A stretch of DNA of 64,000 nt from Camelus ferus (lineage: Eukaryota). A model generated the notes under the pieces. It was not told the origin of the DNA. It did no database searches and saw only the letters and a list, made by a program, of their open reading frames with translations. Made by a program: the position numbers and the translations under genes. This document shows, piece after piece, positions 1 to 12,125 of this stretch. The stretch is taken from NCBI RefSeq assembly GCF_009834535.1, contig NC_045697.1:6698001-6762000 (forward strand), read 5' to 3'. The number at the start of each line of letters is the position of its first letter. Position 1 is the first letter of the stretch.

Positions 1-1889
1 CTAGAGAAAGTGTTTTCCACCCTGCTCTTCAGCAGCCTTTAAGCTGCATGAAGAAGTTATTTTCCAAGAAAAATATCATATGTATGCTATTTCTCTGTCA
101 AGTATGGATGCCTACTTACCTCATAGTCACAAAACTAAAGAGTAACCCTGAGGTCCTTTGTTGAATCAACACCAGTTACTCCAATGGATATTCTTTCTGT
201 TTAACCAAAACAAACAGACAAACACATTTTACTGACAACCTTTAAGTGAACATTTCTCTTACAAAATAAATAAGCTGTAGAAGGGAAGAAGGAGACTATC
301 TGAAATCTCTTATGTGGTTTGAATTGCTTCATTATGTATACACAGCTTGGTGATCCATATGATTTACTTTTTTAAGAAGGTCATAATAGACATTCATTTA
401 ACCACTTTCATTAAGCAGGGTACATCAGGATGCAGAGTTTTATTTCTTAATGGGTCTCTTCTTCATCTTCAACCCGTAAATCTTTTATCATGCATTATTT
501 AGGGTAATATAAGGTAATTTAAAATTATTGATCAATTATTTTTGTGTGCTACACAGTGTTCTAAAAGCTTTCATCAGTAGAAGCAGTGGAACATGATTAA
601 AATAAAAACAGTGTTAGTAGCCACTCTCTATTTCTCAAATACCACATTCAAGGCTTCCCAAAAGTACTTTACAATAACGATCTCAGTTAATTCTCACACC
701 GGCCATCTGAATTAAGTGTTCCCAGTTTCCGCTTTTTCTACTGATCAGAATATTGTTGCTCACTTAGAGGAAATTTGGGTATCCACTGAAACACCAAAAC
801 ACTTTAAAGGATGATTGGTATGAATGCAAACATCAAGTTATAGCTAATTTAATTAAACAATAAATAAAACTATGTATTCACTACATGATAAAATTTATGA
901 GGCATTCAAGCCTTAGAAACTTGGTTTTAATTAGGCAGAGCTAAATAAATGACTAGTTCCCAAAAAGAGAGGGGGTTTGTTTTCCTCAGCATGCCATTGT
1001 CAAGAAATTCAATATTTTTTTTATAGTAAATGATTCTCTGTTAAATGGACAGGCCCTATTTATCCATTTTTTACTTAAGTAAAGCAATGGCTTATAGAAA
1101 GATAAATCATTTCCACTCTATAACTGTGGATACTACCCTATGATTCCACTAAATTATGATCTACTGAGAATGAATTAAGGGTATACACAAGGTAAAAAAT
1201 ACAATGCTTTTCTAAAATAAAATTATTTCTTAAATAAAAATGCTTTTAATAGGAATTAATATTATAATCCATGAAAAGAGAGTAAGTGTGCCCTTTTTAC
1301 AGATGAGTAAAGTAAGGCTCAGTGGAGTTAAGTGAGTAGCCAACTTGCTAAATCCAAGAGCTTAAAGAAATTTTATCTAAAATAATATTGTTTCTGATGC
1401 ATTTATGTGCATGTGTGAATTTATGGGGAAGGGGTAAAAGAAATAGAAGGAGAGTTCTATTTTATATGACTTTGTTGGAATTCACATATAGTGAACTTGG
1501 GCTTTTATTTCAAAGCTGTTAATACAGCCCCCACTGAGAACACTGGAAATACACTACCTTGGTCAATTTGAATGTAGGTCATTATGATGTAGCAGTCAAT
1601 TCTTTGAAAAGAGTTCAAAAGTGTATTTTAAATGTTTTACTCTTTTGGCTACACAGCTTTTAAGAAATATAGAAATATTTCCAGTATTTATTACATTTGA
1701 ATTAACCAGACAAGATTCCTAAGCATAAGACCTTGCAGTTCTTTTTTAATTTTTTTTTGGTTTTGAATTGGTTTTCTTTGATTGACTTACTTGTGTCCAT
1801 GTATACATAAAATGCAAAACATTTTACTTTCCGGAAGTACCGCCCTTTCCATTCAACCAAAGTGCCATTCCCTGAGTTCCAGGATGACC

Positions 1890-2340
1890 TATCCCCACAC
1901 ACTTCCTATCCTACCATGGCCTCTGCCCAAACTCTCCAGTAGCTCCCCTTAAACTAAACAAGATCTAAATTCCTTCTCACGGTGTATCTCCTGCCTTCTC
2001 TCTCCAACTTTATATTTTCCTACTTTCTTCTTCAAAACTCATGCTTTAGAAAAGATGGGTGACCAGCAGTTGCCAGAACATGCCTTGTTTTCTCATTCCT
2101 CTCTTGTTTGCCAATGCTGCTCTGTCTGTAATGTGCCTTCCCCTCTCTCTACCTTTCTCTCATCAGTCTTTGTCCAAAACTACCCTAAGGCGTGTGTGGC
2201 TATACATTGTAGTAATTTAAACCTCTAAGTCCTCTTACACTTTATGTTTCCATTCATTCGTTACCTCAATAACCATTCAACAGTCATTGGACGTCCAACA
2301 TTGTGCTTAGGTCTGGAGAGCCAAAGAGACGCCCAGTCCA
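1890..2340. mobile_element. Degenerate L2 (LINE2) fragments
   Basis: Pyrimidine-rich L2-like text (ccagtagctcccc...aaattcctt, ttcattcgtt...cattcaacagtcattgg...tgtgcttaggtctggag). Heavily diverged and probably pieces in both orientations. Confidence 0.5.
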
Positions 2341-2804
2341 ACGGGGGGAAAAACACTTAATGCTGCATGTTACGTAAGCGCTTTGAGGTAGATCCCCCTC
2401 AGTCATTAGTCCCTTATTTCAAACTGGTAATCCTTTCCACTAAATTTTTCCTGTTCCATTAATGGTGTGTTTTTTAACTCCTAATTGGAATTGAATTGTT
2501 TTTCTTTGATTGACCTAGTTAAGACTCTTAATTGGACCCTGATCAATATCATAGTGGAGCCCAGTAGATTTGGAAGCACGTCTAGGACCCTTAACATAAT
2601 GCCTGATGAAGAATGATGTTTCAGGAAAGCCTTTTACTGGAGATACCCTCCAATCAGTAGGAACCATGGTGCTCAGAATTGCTCAATGAACAAGTAAATA
2701 AATAAATATTTTTGATATTCTTTTTTTTTTAGAGGAAAAGGCTGTTTTGATCACTTCTATTGATGGCATAAAATATAGATTTCTAAAATGAGTCAGACTA
2801 AGTA

Positions 2805-3330
2805 TTTTTTTTTTATTGAAGTATAGTCAGTTTACAATGTTGTGTTAATTTCTGGTGTACAGAATAATGATTCAGTTATATATATGCATATATATATGTA
2901 TTCCTTCTCATACTCTTTTTCATTATAGGCTTTTCCAAGGTATTGAATATAGCTCCCTGTTCTGTACAGTAAGACCTTGTTATTTATCTATTTTATATAT
3001 AGTGTTAGTATCTGCAAATCCCAAACTCCCAGTTTACCCACCATCCCACCCCTCCCTGGTAATCATTAGTTTTGTTATGTTTGTGAGTCTGTTTCTGTTT
3101 TGTAAGTAAGTTCATTTGTGTCATTTTTTCAGATTATACATTTAAGTGATATCATATGGTATTTTTCTTTCTCTTTCTGGCTTACTTCACTTAGTGTGTC
3201 CATCCATGTTGTTGCAAATGGCATTATTTTATTATTTTTATGGCTGAGTTGTATTCTATAGATTTACCTCAATTTCTTTATCTAGTCATCTGTTGATGGA
3301 CATTTATGTTGCTTCCATGTCTTGGCAGTT
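2805..3330 (-). mobile_element. 5'-truncated lineage-specific L1 3' end
   Basis: Poly-T followed by ttattgaagtatagtcagtttacaatgttgtg...catccatgttgttgcaaatggcattatt...gatggacatttatgttgcttccatgtcttggc, the antisense of the L1 ORF2 end and 3'UTR. Confidence 0.9.
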
Positions 3331-3469
3331 TTTAATATTATCTTTCTACTTACAAAAGTCCTATAAAGTAGGTAGAGGAACAATCATTATTATCATTTAA
3401 CAAATAAGTATGTGGAAGCCAAACTGGTCAGATCAATTTAGAAAGGACACTTAATAATCATCTGACAAT

Positions 3470-4185
3470 TCTTTACCATTTGATACAGCAATCCCACTTC
3501 TGGACATTAGCCAAAGGAATTGAAATCTGGATCACAAATAGATACTTTCCTTACTGTGTATGTGACAGCATTATTCACAATAGTCAAATATGAAAACAAA
3601 CCAAATGTCCATTGAGAGATGAATGGATAAAGAAAATGTGTTATCCACATACAGTGAAATATTATTGAGACTTAAGAAAAGAATATCTTACCATTTGCAG
3701 CAACATGCCTGGATCTGGAAGACATTAAGCTACGTGGAATAAGCCAGACACAGAAATACAAATACTGCATGACCTCATATGTAAGCAGAATCTAGTGAAA
3801 CCGTGTGGAAATGAACTCACAGAAGCAGAGTGTATTTGCCAGGGTGTTTCCAGGGGAAGTGGGGAGGGGGACCTGGGGAGGTGTTGGTCGAAGGTGCAAA
3901 GTTTTATTTATGCATTATAAATAATTCTGGAGATCTACTGCGTATCATAGGGCCTACGATTAACAGCAATTTATACTTAAAATTTTTCTAAGATGACAGA
4001 TCTTATGTTAAGCATTTTACCACAAAAGAAAAAAATACAAAACAAAACAAAAAATAGAGAAGGCAGGTAAACTTTTGGACGTGATGGATAAGTTTATGCC
4101 ATTGATTGTAATAATGGTGTATTCTTATCTCCAAAGAAATTAAGTTGCATACATTAAATACCTACAGTTTTTGTATGTCAAAAAA
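3470..4185 (+). mobile_element. Older L1 (L1M-type) ORF2 end and 3'UTR
   Basis: cagcaatcccacttctgg...gcattattcacaatag...aaatgtccatt...gaatggataaagaaaatgtg..., a G-rich 3'UTR tract at 3853-3878 and an A-rich end. Confidence 0.85.
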
Positions 4186-5149
4186 GTCATCATATGGCAA
4201 ATCTTGGACAAGAACACAGTTCTTTTCACGCTAAGCAAGAGATCTTTCCAATTTTCAAGAGTGTTGCAAAAAAGTTATATTTAACGTGGAGGTACTAAAA
4301 GGTGGTATGATTTTTCTCTTCTGGTTTTTAAGGAAGAATCGAAAACTACTTTGGCTCTTGAGAAATCTGGTCCAAGACCTTCCCCCCACGTGGCAACAGT
4401 GAGGAGATCCCAAGGGTAGAGTGCCAAACCTGATTTCCCTGTCATCAGACCCAGATTTACTCTAGCTCTTTTCTGCTTTGTATGGAAGTGGATCCTATCC
4501 CTTGCACGATACACTTTTTTCTGGCTCCCATGCCTGCTGGCTTCCAGCTTTTCATTTAATGGGAGGGACCAGTGGAGACTGTGTCCTCATGAAAGAGAAG
4601 CCAGGGCCCCTCACCTGTCCTGTCTGCCCCAAACAGCATTCCTCACAACAGCTGCATTTTCTGTGTGACTCCAACTGCTGCCCGACAGGCTCGTCAAGGT
4701 CTGCTAGGGGCCCCTGTGTCTCTGATGACCCTGCCTCCCCCACTTCATCCTGCCACTCCAGGGCTCATGGTGCCTGCTGTTGCTCATGCAAGCTAACTCC
4801 CCGTCAGTTTCTTCATTACCTGTGCAACCTAAATTCTCTGCGTTAAACATAGTTGATGATAACCTTTTCTCCTGGTGGGACTTTGACTGATTCAACCAGA
4901 CTAAGGTTAACAAACACCCTTTAAAGTTAAGTTAAATATTCAGATGTATTCTTAGTCTGGCAGGTAACAAATGAGTGAAACAGTCCAGGTATAGAAAAAT
5001 ATATTCCTAATATAAAAGGACAACAGAGCAAGTATAATGATAAATGGCACCTGTTCTTTGGTACGAGGGTCAGAAGACATCAGGGAAGGGAGGAAGAGAG
5101 AGAGCTGTAGCATGCTCGGGGAGTCCAAACCCTCTCTGCTCCAAAGAGG

Positions 5150-5285
5150 CTCCATCTCCACCTGTGTCCATATCTCAGGTGATTGTTAGAAATACACAAG
5201 CCAAGGACGCATACCAGGTCATCTGCATTTGAACAAGATGTCCAAGCGACTAAGATGCACTTCAGGTTTTGAGAAATGGCTGGTC
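5150..5285. mobile_element. MER5-like hAT DNA transposon remnant
   Basis: ...tgttagaaatacac...atctgcatttgaacaagat...gatgcac...gttttgagaaatggctg resembles the MER5A/B body and terminal repeat. Confidence 0.55.
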
Positions 5286-6639
5286 CACCAGATCTCCTGC
5301 TAAAGGTGTACTTCAGCTCCAGCTGATTGCTGCTGCGTAAAAGTGTGTTCTTCAAGTTATCAGATCTTCCATTTCAGGGTAAATTGGAAATTACCAAACA
5401 CATGTGAATTCCTTGATTTTCAATGCTGGACTAATTTTTTTAAGGGTGTACATACCAGATAGAATTCTTCTGTGGTCTCATAGAAGCAGCAGGGTCAGTG
5501 GGTACATATGCTTAAGAAAACAAAGGGTGGAGTCTGAAACATGTGTCAACAAATCATATGAGCACCTTTTATCTTATTGAAATTTACCTCTATCTTACAT
5601 GGGTTTCTCCTTCTATGGGTGGGGAATCACAGGGAGACTGGTTCCCAGGACAGTAAGAGTGGCTCAAAGGCACACAGTGTATCAGGAGAGGTTAAGCAAG
5701 AAACTTAGCAGGCTCCAAATACTTCTCTTCTCTCATCATAGATTTGCTTCCAGAGTTAACGGGTCTGTGCCCTGGTGACCTGGGATCTATCCAAGGTGCT
5801 AAAAGCCTGGGATTTCTCCCTGCTGTGTCTCCAGCAAATAGAGAAATGGTTAGGTGCAGAAACTTCCTCACCGTTAACAAAATAGACGTTTAATTACCAG
5901 AAGCTTCTGTGTTCCCACAGCAGGATGCATAAAAAGGAAGTAAAACATAATTGTGGCAGTGCGTCTGGTTCGGAAATTAAAACTCAGCAAGGAAGGGCGT
6001 GCGGGGAGCCAGATGGCATGGAGCACAAGGTGGCCTGCAGTGAGCCATTTCCCACTCAGGTGGATCTCATTGGGAGCTGATTTGTTCGAGGCTGGGCTGC
6101 CCCTGGGACAGGCCCCTGGTTCTCTGTTTGGGGATTGTCTGTGCCTGTTGTAACAATCATTCCTTGCCTGGCAGATTTTTTTCCAAAGAGGCTCAGATGT
6201 CTTGTCAATGGTTAGACAGCAAAACTGCCAAATCTTAAGGGACTTCTGAGAAACCTATGGACAGAGAAGAGCTGAGAAACGGTAGGTCTGTGTTTCTAAT
6301 TTTCCTTATGTGGTATATTTAAGACCCCACTTTGGTCCTGGAAGAACATTCAGTGTAAAGGAAATGCTCCACTCCATGCCCTGTGTTTGTGAATCTGGAA
6401 TCCAGAAGTGTTGATCTTGCTTGTTCTGAGTCAGATTCCTTATTCCTAACCCCTCTGATAGGGAGAATAAAATGGCACATGACAGAGGCATCCACCTCTC
6501 AAGCCTTTTTTCCAGTTGCACCTTCCCTCCAAGAACATTTGCTTTGCTTCCTTGCTACAATTTTGAGTATAATTCAGAGGTGTTCCTTCTCTGAAGTTGA
6601 CCTAATCTTCCAATTCTTCTTCCCATCAACTCTTATTTG

Positions 6640-6803
6640 TTCATAGATTTATTCTATTTTTCCAACAAGTATTTAATGAGCAACTATTTTATTCCAAACA
6701 CTAGTCTCACTGCTGGGAATAGAGTCATGAATCAAATGGATAATAAACACATTGGACGATTTTGGAAAATGGGAAATTCTGGGCAGACATGCACATGCAC
6801 ATG

Positions 6804-6852
<49 letters not shown>

Positions 6853-7395
6853 CAGAATCCTGGGGTAGAGTGGGGTCATTACTTTAGTTGGAGGGTCAAG
6901 TGAGGCCTCTCTGGGGAGGGGAAATTTGAGTTGATGCCTCAATAATGAGAAATCCAGCCATAAAGATGAGAAGATGGAGAGGGAGAGATGTTTTCCATGA
7001 AGAGGGAAGCTTGGAGGTGAGGATCTGGAGGAGGGGAATGACCGCATGTGGTCATGAATGGAGGAGATGTGCTGGTGAATGGAGAGAATGGCAGGAGATG
7101 ACATTGGAGAGGGTGGCCGTGGCTGTATCACGTGGGACCACATAGTCCCAGGCAAGGATTTTAGTCTGTTGTGGTGAAAATGCATGAAAGATCTTAATTC
7201 CTAATCTAATTTGTGTCTTACAGAGATCGCTTTGGCTGTAGGATGAAGGGTGACCTACAAGGTGGACAAGAATGGGGTCAGGAAGAGCAGTCAGGAAGTT
7301 ATTGTCGAAATCTAGGTGTGAAATGATGCTGGCCTGACTAGGATGAGAGATGGAAGAATGGTGAACAGTATTAAGGATATTTTTGGAGGAAGCTC
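6640..7395 (-). mobile_element. L2 3' portion
   Basis: ttccaacaagtatttaatgagcaacta...tgctgggaatagag..., aggcctctctggggagggg...tttgagttga, and agatcgctttggctgtagg...gaag. Confidence 0.75.
6807..6848. repeat. (CA)n microsatellite
   Basis: Perfect run of about 21 CA units, read directly. Confidence 0.98.
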
Positions 7396-7784
7396 CACTC
7401 CAGGCAGCCCCACCTTGGTTATGTCAACTTTATTTACTGAGTTTGCTCAAATTCCAGCAAGTGTTGAATCATATAGTTCCTTCCTATGCACCGTGTAGAC
7501 TCCCATGGTTCAAATAAAATGGTAAAGGGGAATGTTTGTTATATTAAGAATATTTACTGTTGAAGGCTCAGTAAGCATCCTGAAAACTTGCATTTACTGA
7601 TAAGGCACTGCACATGCAGAGGAGAGCAGAAGATTGCAGTAGAGTGGAGGCTGCACAGCCAGAAGAACATGATCATTACCCTGGAGAGAAAAGATCCTTC
7701 AAGATGGAACACGCATTTGAAAGATCATCATATACTGAAGGAGGCAACCTATTTGGCACCTGAGCAAAACGACAAGGCTGCACA

Positions 7785-8195
7785 GTTTTCTGAGGCTGCT
7801 GTAATGGTACCACATACTCAGTGGCTTAGCAACAGAAGTGCATTATCTCACAGTTCTTGAAACTAGAAGCCTGAGATTAAGGTGTCGGCAGGGTTGGTTC
7901 CTCCTGAGGGGTGGGGGTGGGGGTCTGTCCCAGGTCTCCCTCCTGGTTCCTGGTAGTTAGTTGGCAATCTTTGTCATTCCTTGGCTTATGGAAACATCAC
8001 CCTGACTTATATCTTCACATGGACACCTCTCTGTATGTTATCTGTTTAGAAATTTTCCTTTTTACAAGGATATTGGCCATATAGGGTCATGGCCCACCCT
8101 GGTGCCCTTCTCTTAACCTGACTACGTCTGCAGCGTACTGGGGGCTGGAATTTCAATGTATCTTTTCTCAGGGGAGCACAATTCAATGCATAAGA
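7785..8195 (-). mobile_element. MaLR solo LTR (MLT1B/C-like)
   Basis: gaggctgctgtaa...gtggcttagcaacagaag...tctcacagttct...aaggtgtcggcagggttggttcctcctgagg...acaattcaa. Confidence 0.85.
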
Positions 8196-8454
8196 AGGAC
8201 TAGTTGGTAGAAGTTGAGAGAAGGCAGATTTTGTCTCAATGTGAAGATTAGTTTTTCAGAAGTCAGAATCTTGCAGCCACAGGGAAGTTCTGCCTTTCTC
8301 AATAGCAAGTGCCCAGTACCTGGAGATTTTCAAAAGAAACCAAGGATCTTGTGAGCAGGGATGTCTACACTGCATGCTATGACAGGTTGAAATGATCTCT
8401 GCTGACCTCAAAAGCTAGCTGCCCACAGGTCTATAATATTTATCTCATTAATAA

Positions 8455-8975
8455 TAACAACTGACATTTACTGATGCCTCACGGGGAGCCAAGCTCTAGA
8501 TTGAGATTTTTCTTTTTAATTACAAAAACCTCATGAGGTTACAACATGGATGAATCTTGAAAATACTATGCTAAGTGAAAGAAACCAGACACAAAAGGCC
8601 ACATATTGTATGATTCTACTTATGTAAAATGTCAAGAATAGAAAAATCCATAGAGAATGAAAATTAATTAGTGTTGCTAAGACCTGGGGAGAGGAGGGTT
8701 GAGAGTGATTGCTGTTGCCTAAAGAGAAACTTTTGGGGGATGATGAAAATGTTCTGGGATTAGATAATGATGATGTTGGCACAACTTTATACATAAACCC
8801 ACTAGCTTGTACACTTTAAAATGGTGGATTTTAAGGTATAAGATTATATCTCAATAAAAAAAAAGTCTCAGGAGGTGGGTATTGCTGTCTCCATTTTACA
8901 GGTGAGAAAACTTGGGTTTAGAGAGTTAAAGACTAGCCACGCTCAGATGGCAAATGGCACAGCTAGGATTTATAT
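8455..8975 (-). mobile_element. MIR, interrupted by an L1 at about 8540-8860
   Basis: ataataacaactgacatttactga... on the left and ctccattttacaggtgagaaaact...agagagtt on the right. Confidence 0.7.
8540..8860 (+). mobile_element. L1M (L1MB-like) 3' end with degenerate TSD
   Basis: acaacatggatgaatcttgaaaa...ctaagtgaaagaaaccagacacaaaaggccaca...tatctcaataaaaaaaaa, flanked by aaaacctcatgaggt and aaagtctcaggaggt. Confidence 0.9.
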
Positions 8976-9394
8976 TTATCTTTTTTCTTTTTTTACTCAC
9001 AAAAACAAATTTCTTACGGACTGACTGGCTGACACGTGATCACTTGATAGGAAGCGCCTGCTGGTGATAAGTGTCCCTGTCTTTAAGGGCAGTCTGTAAC
9101 TCATCCTGTCTGGTCCTTCGAGCTGTCCCCAGACTTGAAATACGAGTATGAAGTTATTCTTTCCTTCATAGTCAGAAAGAGATGGAGACTTTTCTTTCTT
9201 TTTGTCAAATGTTCTGATTCCCTACCTCAAGAAGAAGAAAGGCCTGTGGTGAGACAAGACTGGATGCTAAATATAGTGTGTGTGTATGCAGTGGAAAAGT
9301 GCGTCTGTGCATGGCCTTTGTGTGAAGAGTGGGGGAGAGTCAGCAAGCTGGCCTTGCATTGGTCTCCTCTCTCTGCTGTAACTGGTGATCGCTG

Positions 9395-9939
9395 ACTTAG
9401 CAGCTTTAGACAGCCAACTCTACTGTCTCGAAATTTCCTTGGACCAAGAGTCTGGGCCTGGGTTAGCCGAATCTCCAACTCAGGGTCCCAGGGCAGACGA
9501 ATCTGGCTGGAATCAGGGAGCTGGCTGCAGCTTTGATCTTATCAAAGGTTCTGGGTCCTCTTTCACAGCCGTTCAGGCTGTGGAAGAATTTAGTTCCTTG
9601 GGGTTACAGGACCGAGGTTCCCGTTTTCTTTCTGGCTCTTGGCCAGGGGTTGCTCTCAGCTCCTACAGGTCAGCTCAGATCCCAGTCATGCGGCTCTTCC
9701 ACAACATGGCCACTTTCTCCTTCAAAGCCAGAGAAGCTCTCCCTTTGCTCTGCTAGGAGGGAGTCGTCTACGTAATGTGATGCTATCGTGGGAGTGACTA
9801 TTTCATCCCTTTTACCATGTAACAGTCCCTACTCAAACCACAATCCCACTCACTCTCAAATGGAAGAGATTATACTGGGCATGTACACTGGGGTTGGGGA
9901 GGGTCCTTGGGGGGCCTTCTTGGAATTCTGCCTACAACA
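9395..9939 (-). mobile_element. MaLR solo LTR (MLT1E/F-like)
   Basis: ggaagaatttagttccttg...ggaccgaggttccc...ttcaaagccag...gggagtgacta...ggggccttcttggaattctgcctacaaca. Confidence 0.75.
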
Positions 9940-10225
9940 GGCATTAAGTTGTGTTGATCTGAAATTAGTTCAGCTTGCTTTTGTTTCGTCACCAAAATTG
10001 TGGACTTTTGCACAGAAAGACCTCACGTCCAGTGTACATGGAGGACAGCAGAGTGGTGGACCTGACCTCTGAAGTGTTAACACATTTTGCACTATGAACT
10101 CAAAAAACACTTCCACACAACATCTGTGTTTGGCATCATCTGTAGCTGCCAAAAAGTCTCAGTGAAGTGCCACTCATGGAGCAGGTGCACAAAAATTGTT
10201 ACCTAATTTTTTTCAGCATTGCAAC

Positions 10226-11272
10226 TGTAGTGGTCTGCTGGAACTTCTATAAAGAAATACCCCAGAATGGGGGCCTCAAACAAGATCAATGTATTTTCTA
10301 ACAGTTTCAGAGGCTAGAAGTTCAAGATCAAAGTGCCGGCAAGGTTGGTTTCTTCTGAGGTCACTCTCGTTGTCTCGTGGGTGTTGGTTTTCTCCCTGTG
10401 TCCTCGTGTGGTCTTCCCTGTGTGCGTTTGTGTCCTGATCTCTCCTTATAGGGACACCAGTCATATTGGATCAGACGTTAGAGCAGGCAGATAGCTAGAT
10501 ATGAGCAGAGAAAGGGGGACACAGACCAAACGGCAGGAATTGGGCAGAAAGGAGGGGCACAAGCCAAATGCAGGAAACCACACATCATGTAAGCAGCAGG
10601 GATCCTTGGGCAGAGAAAGAAAAGCAGGAACCTTGGGGCTGATAAGGGATCATGCCTTTTGGGATGACAAGTGGCCTGGAGAAGAACAAAGAAATGTGAG
10701 AAAAGGCAGGAATTTCTAGTGTCCGAATGTGACCTTTTGCTCATTATGCCCTTATTTCAATAAAATTAGCCTTGCAGATTAGAAGTACCCATCATGCACC
10801 AACGCCATGGCACTTCCGATCCAGACTAAATAAGGACAAAAATCCCTCCACCCTTTGGGAAGGTGGAGTTGGGAAGATAATCAGGGAATATGACCCCAAA
10901 CCCTTCCCTCCCCAATGAATATTCTACCCATTCATTTTTACCCCCTATGTAGCTAACTTGCCAAATAAACTCAGGGCAGCCACTCATCTGAGCCTGCCCG
11001 CTCTCCCCTGAGAGTGTACTATCCATCCTTTCATAAATTTTTAACTTTACCTTTTTTTAACCTCTAAGTCTTGTCTGTGAATTCTTCCTGGGACGGGGCA
11101 AGAACCTGGAACACCGGTTGCATCTACCGGCAACACAGGGACCACCCTAATTACTTCATTTCAACTCATTACCTCTTTAAAGATCCAACTAGACATACAA
11201 TCACATTTTAGGTACTCTGGGTGAGGACATCAAAGTGTGAATTTTAGAGGGGACACAATTCAACCAGGAACA
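10226..11272 (-). mobile_element. MaLR solo LTR (MLT1A/B-like) split by an ERV1 LTR
   Basis: Left part tgtag...gaggctagaagttcaagatcaaagtgccggca...ggacaccagtcatattggat; right part ccaccctaa...ggggacacaattcaacc...aaca. 5-bp TSD-like gcaac/ccaac. Confidence 0.88.
10476..11135 (+). mobile_element. ERV1-class solo LTR, about 660 bp (start resembles MER50/MER83-type LTRs)
   Basis: Starts (c)gttagagcaggcagatagctagatatgagcag and ends ...ggcaagaacctgg...ggcaaca. 4-bp TSD-like caga/cagg, and it cleanly interrupts the MLT1. Confidence 0.8.
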
Positions 11273-11959
11273 CCAACCAAGTGTGAGGCACACAAAAAGC
11301 TGTTATTACCTTCGCACTGCTAATGAGAAAGTTAGAAATGGCTCAAGATCAAATAAATGGTAAAGAGCTCTAGAGATTTAAACACAGGGCTGCAGAGCTT
11401 CCTCTTCTGGGCTCTTCCAAGAGCCCCAAACTGTGGGGCAGCTTGAAATTTACCTCTGAGATACTAGAAGAAAAGCTATTACGTTGGGAAGCTGCCTATA
11501 AACACAATGAAGAAAACCTCAGAAGGCTGCATGAAATCTCTTGCTCTTTATGGGACGTGAAAGTATCCTTGCTTTCCATGCTGCATGAATGCTATTCAAA
11601 GACTTTTTGTTTTACCTTGTCCTCTTGTTTTATGATGCATTTGTGCGTGAAAAGACTCATTAAGGACATCATTATTCTACATTTATCAGTAATGAACTGT
11701 CTGTGGCACCTATTAGAGGGAAAATGGTCCAAGTCCCTTTTTGTATCTGTCTACATTCTTCTTCATTATTTACTGCTCAACTCTCATCCATTTCAAATGG
11801 ATTTGGCTGGATGCAATTTTCCCCCCAATTGTTCTTTTATTTGAGAGACAAATATTAATAGAATTCATAATCCTTGAGGAGTCTACTCTGTATGTTCCAA
11901 TGTTAAAATGACTTTTTAATTTTTAATGTTGGGAAGGGGCAGGGGAGGCTCACCTGAGG

Positions 11960-12125
11960 AACTTACAATTTTTAGCAGACCCTTGGCATTCCTTATTGCA
12001 CTTAATTTTCACAAGAACTCAGAGATGGGTGTTATCACCCCATTTTACCAAAGAGAGACTGGAGAAACAGAGGCAGAGTGCCTTATTTTGGTCATTCAAC
12101 TAGTAGTTACAGGCAAGGTTTGAGG
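11960..12125 (-). mobile_element. MIR
   Basis: cttaattttcacaagaactc...gatgggtgttatcaccccattttac...gaaacagaggcagag...gtcattcaactagtag. Confidence 0.7.

Noticed and set aside
2603..2628. CTGATGA...GAAA spacing resembling a hammerhead ribozyme core
   Set aside because: The stem II closing pair is A/G rather than purine-pyrimidine, and I found no stem III or UH cleavage site.
6673..7185. Longest ORF in the track (170 aa)
   Set aside because: It runs through an L2 and a (CA)n tract (VCVCVC) and is low complexity.
11443..11844. 133-aa ORF with a helical-looking N-terminus
   Set aside because: It has a TTG start, no recognisable family and no convincing splice context, so it is probably a chance ORF.
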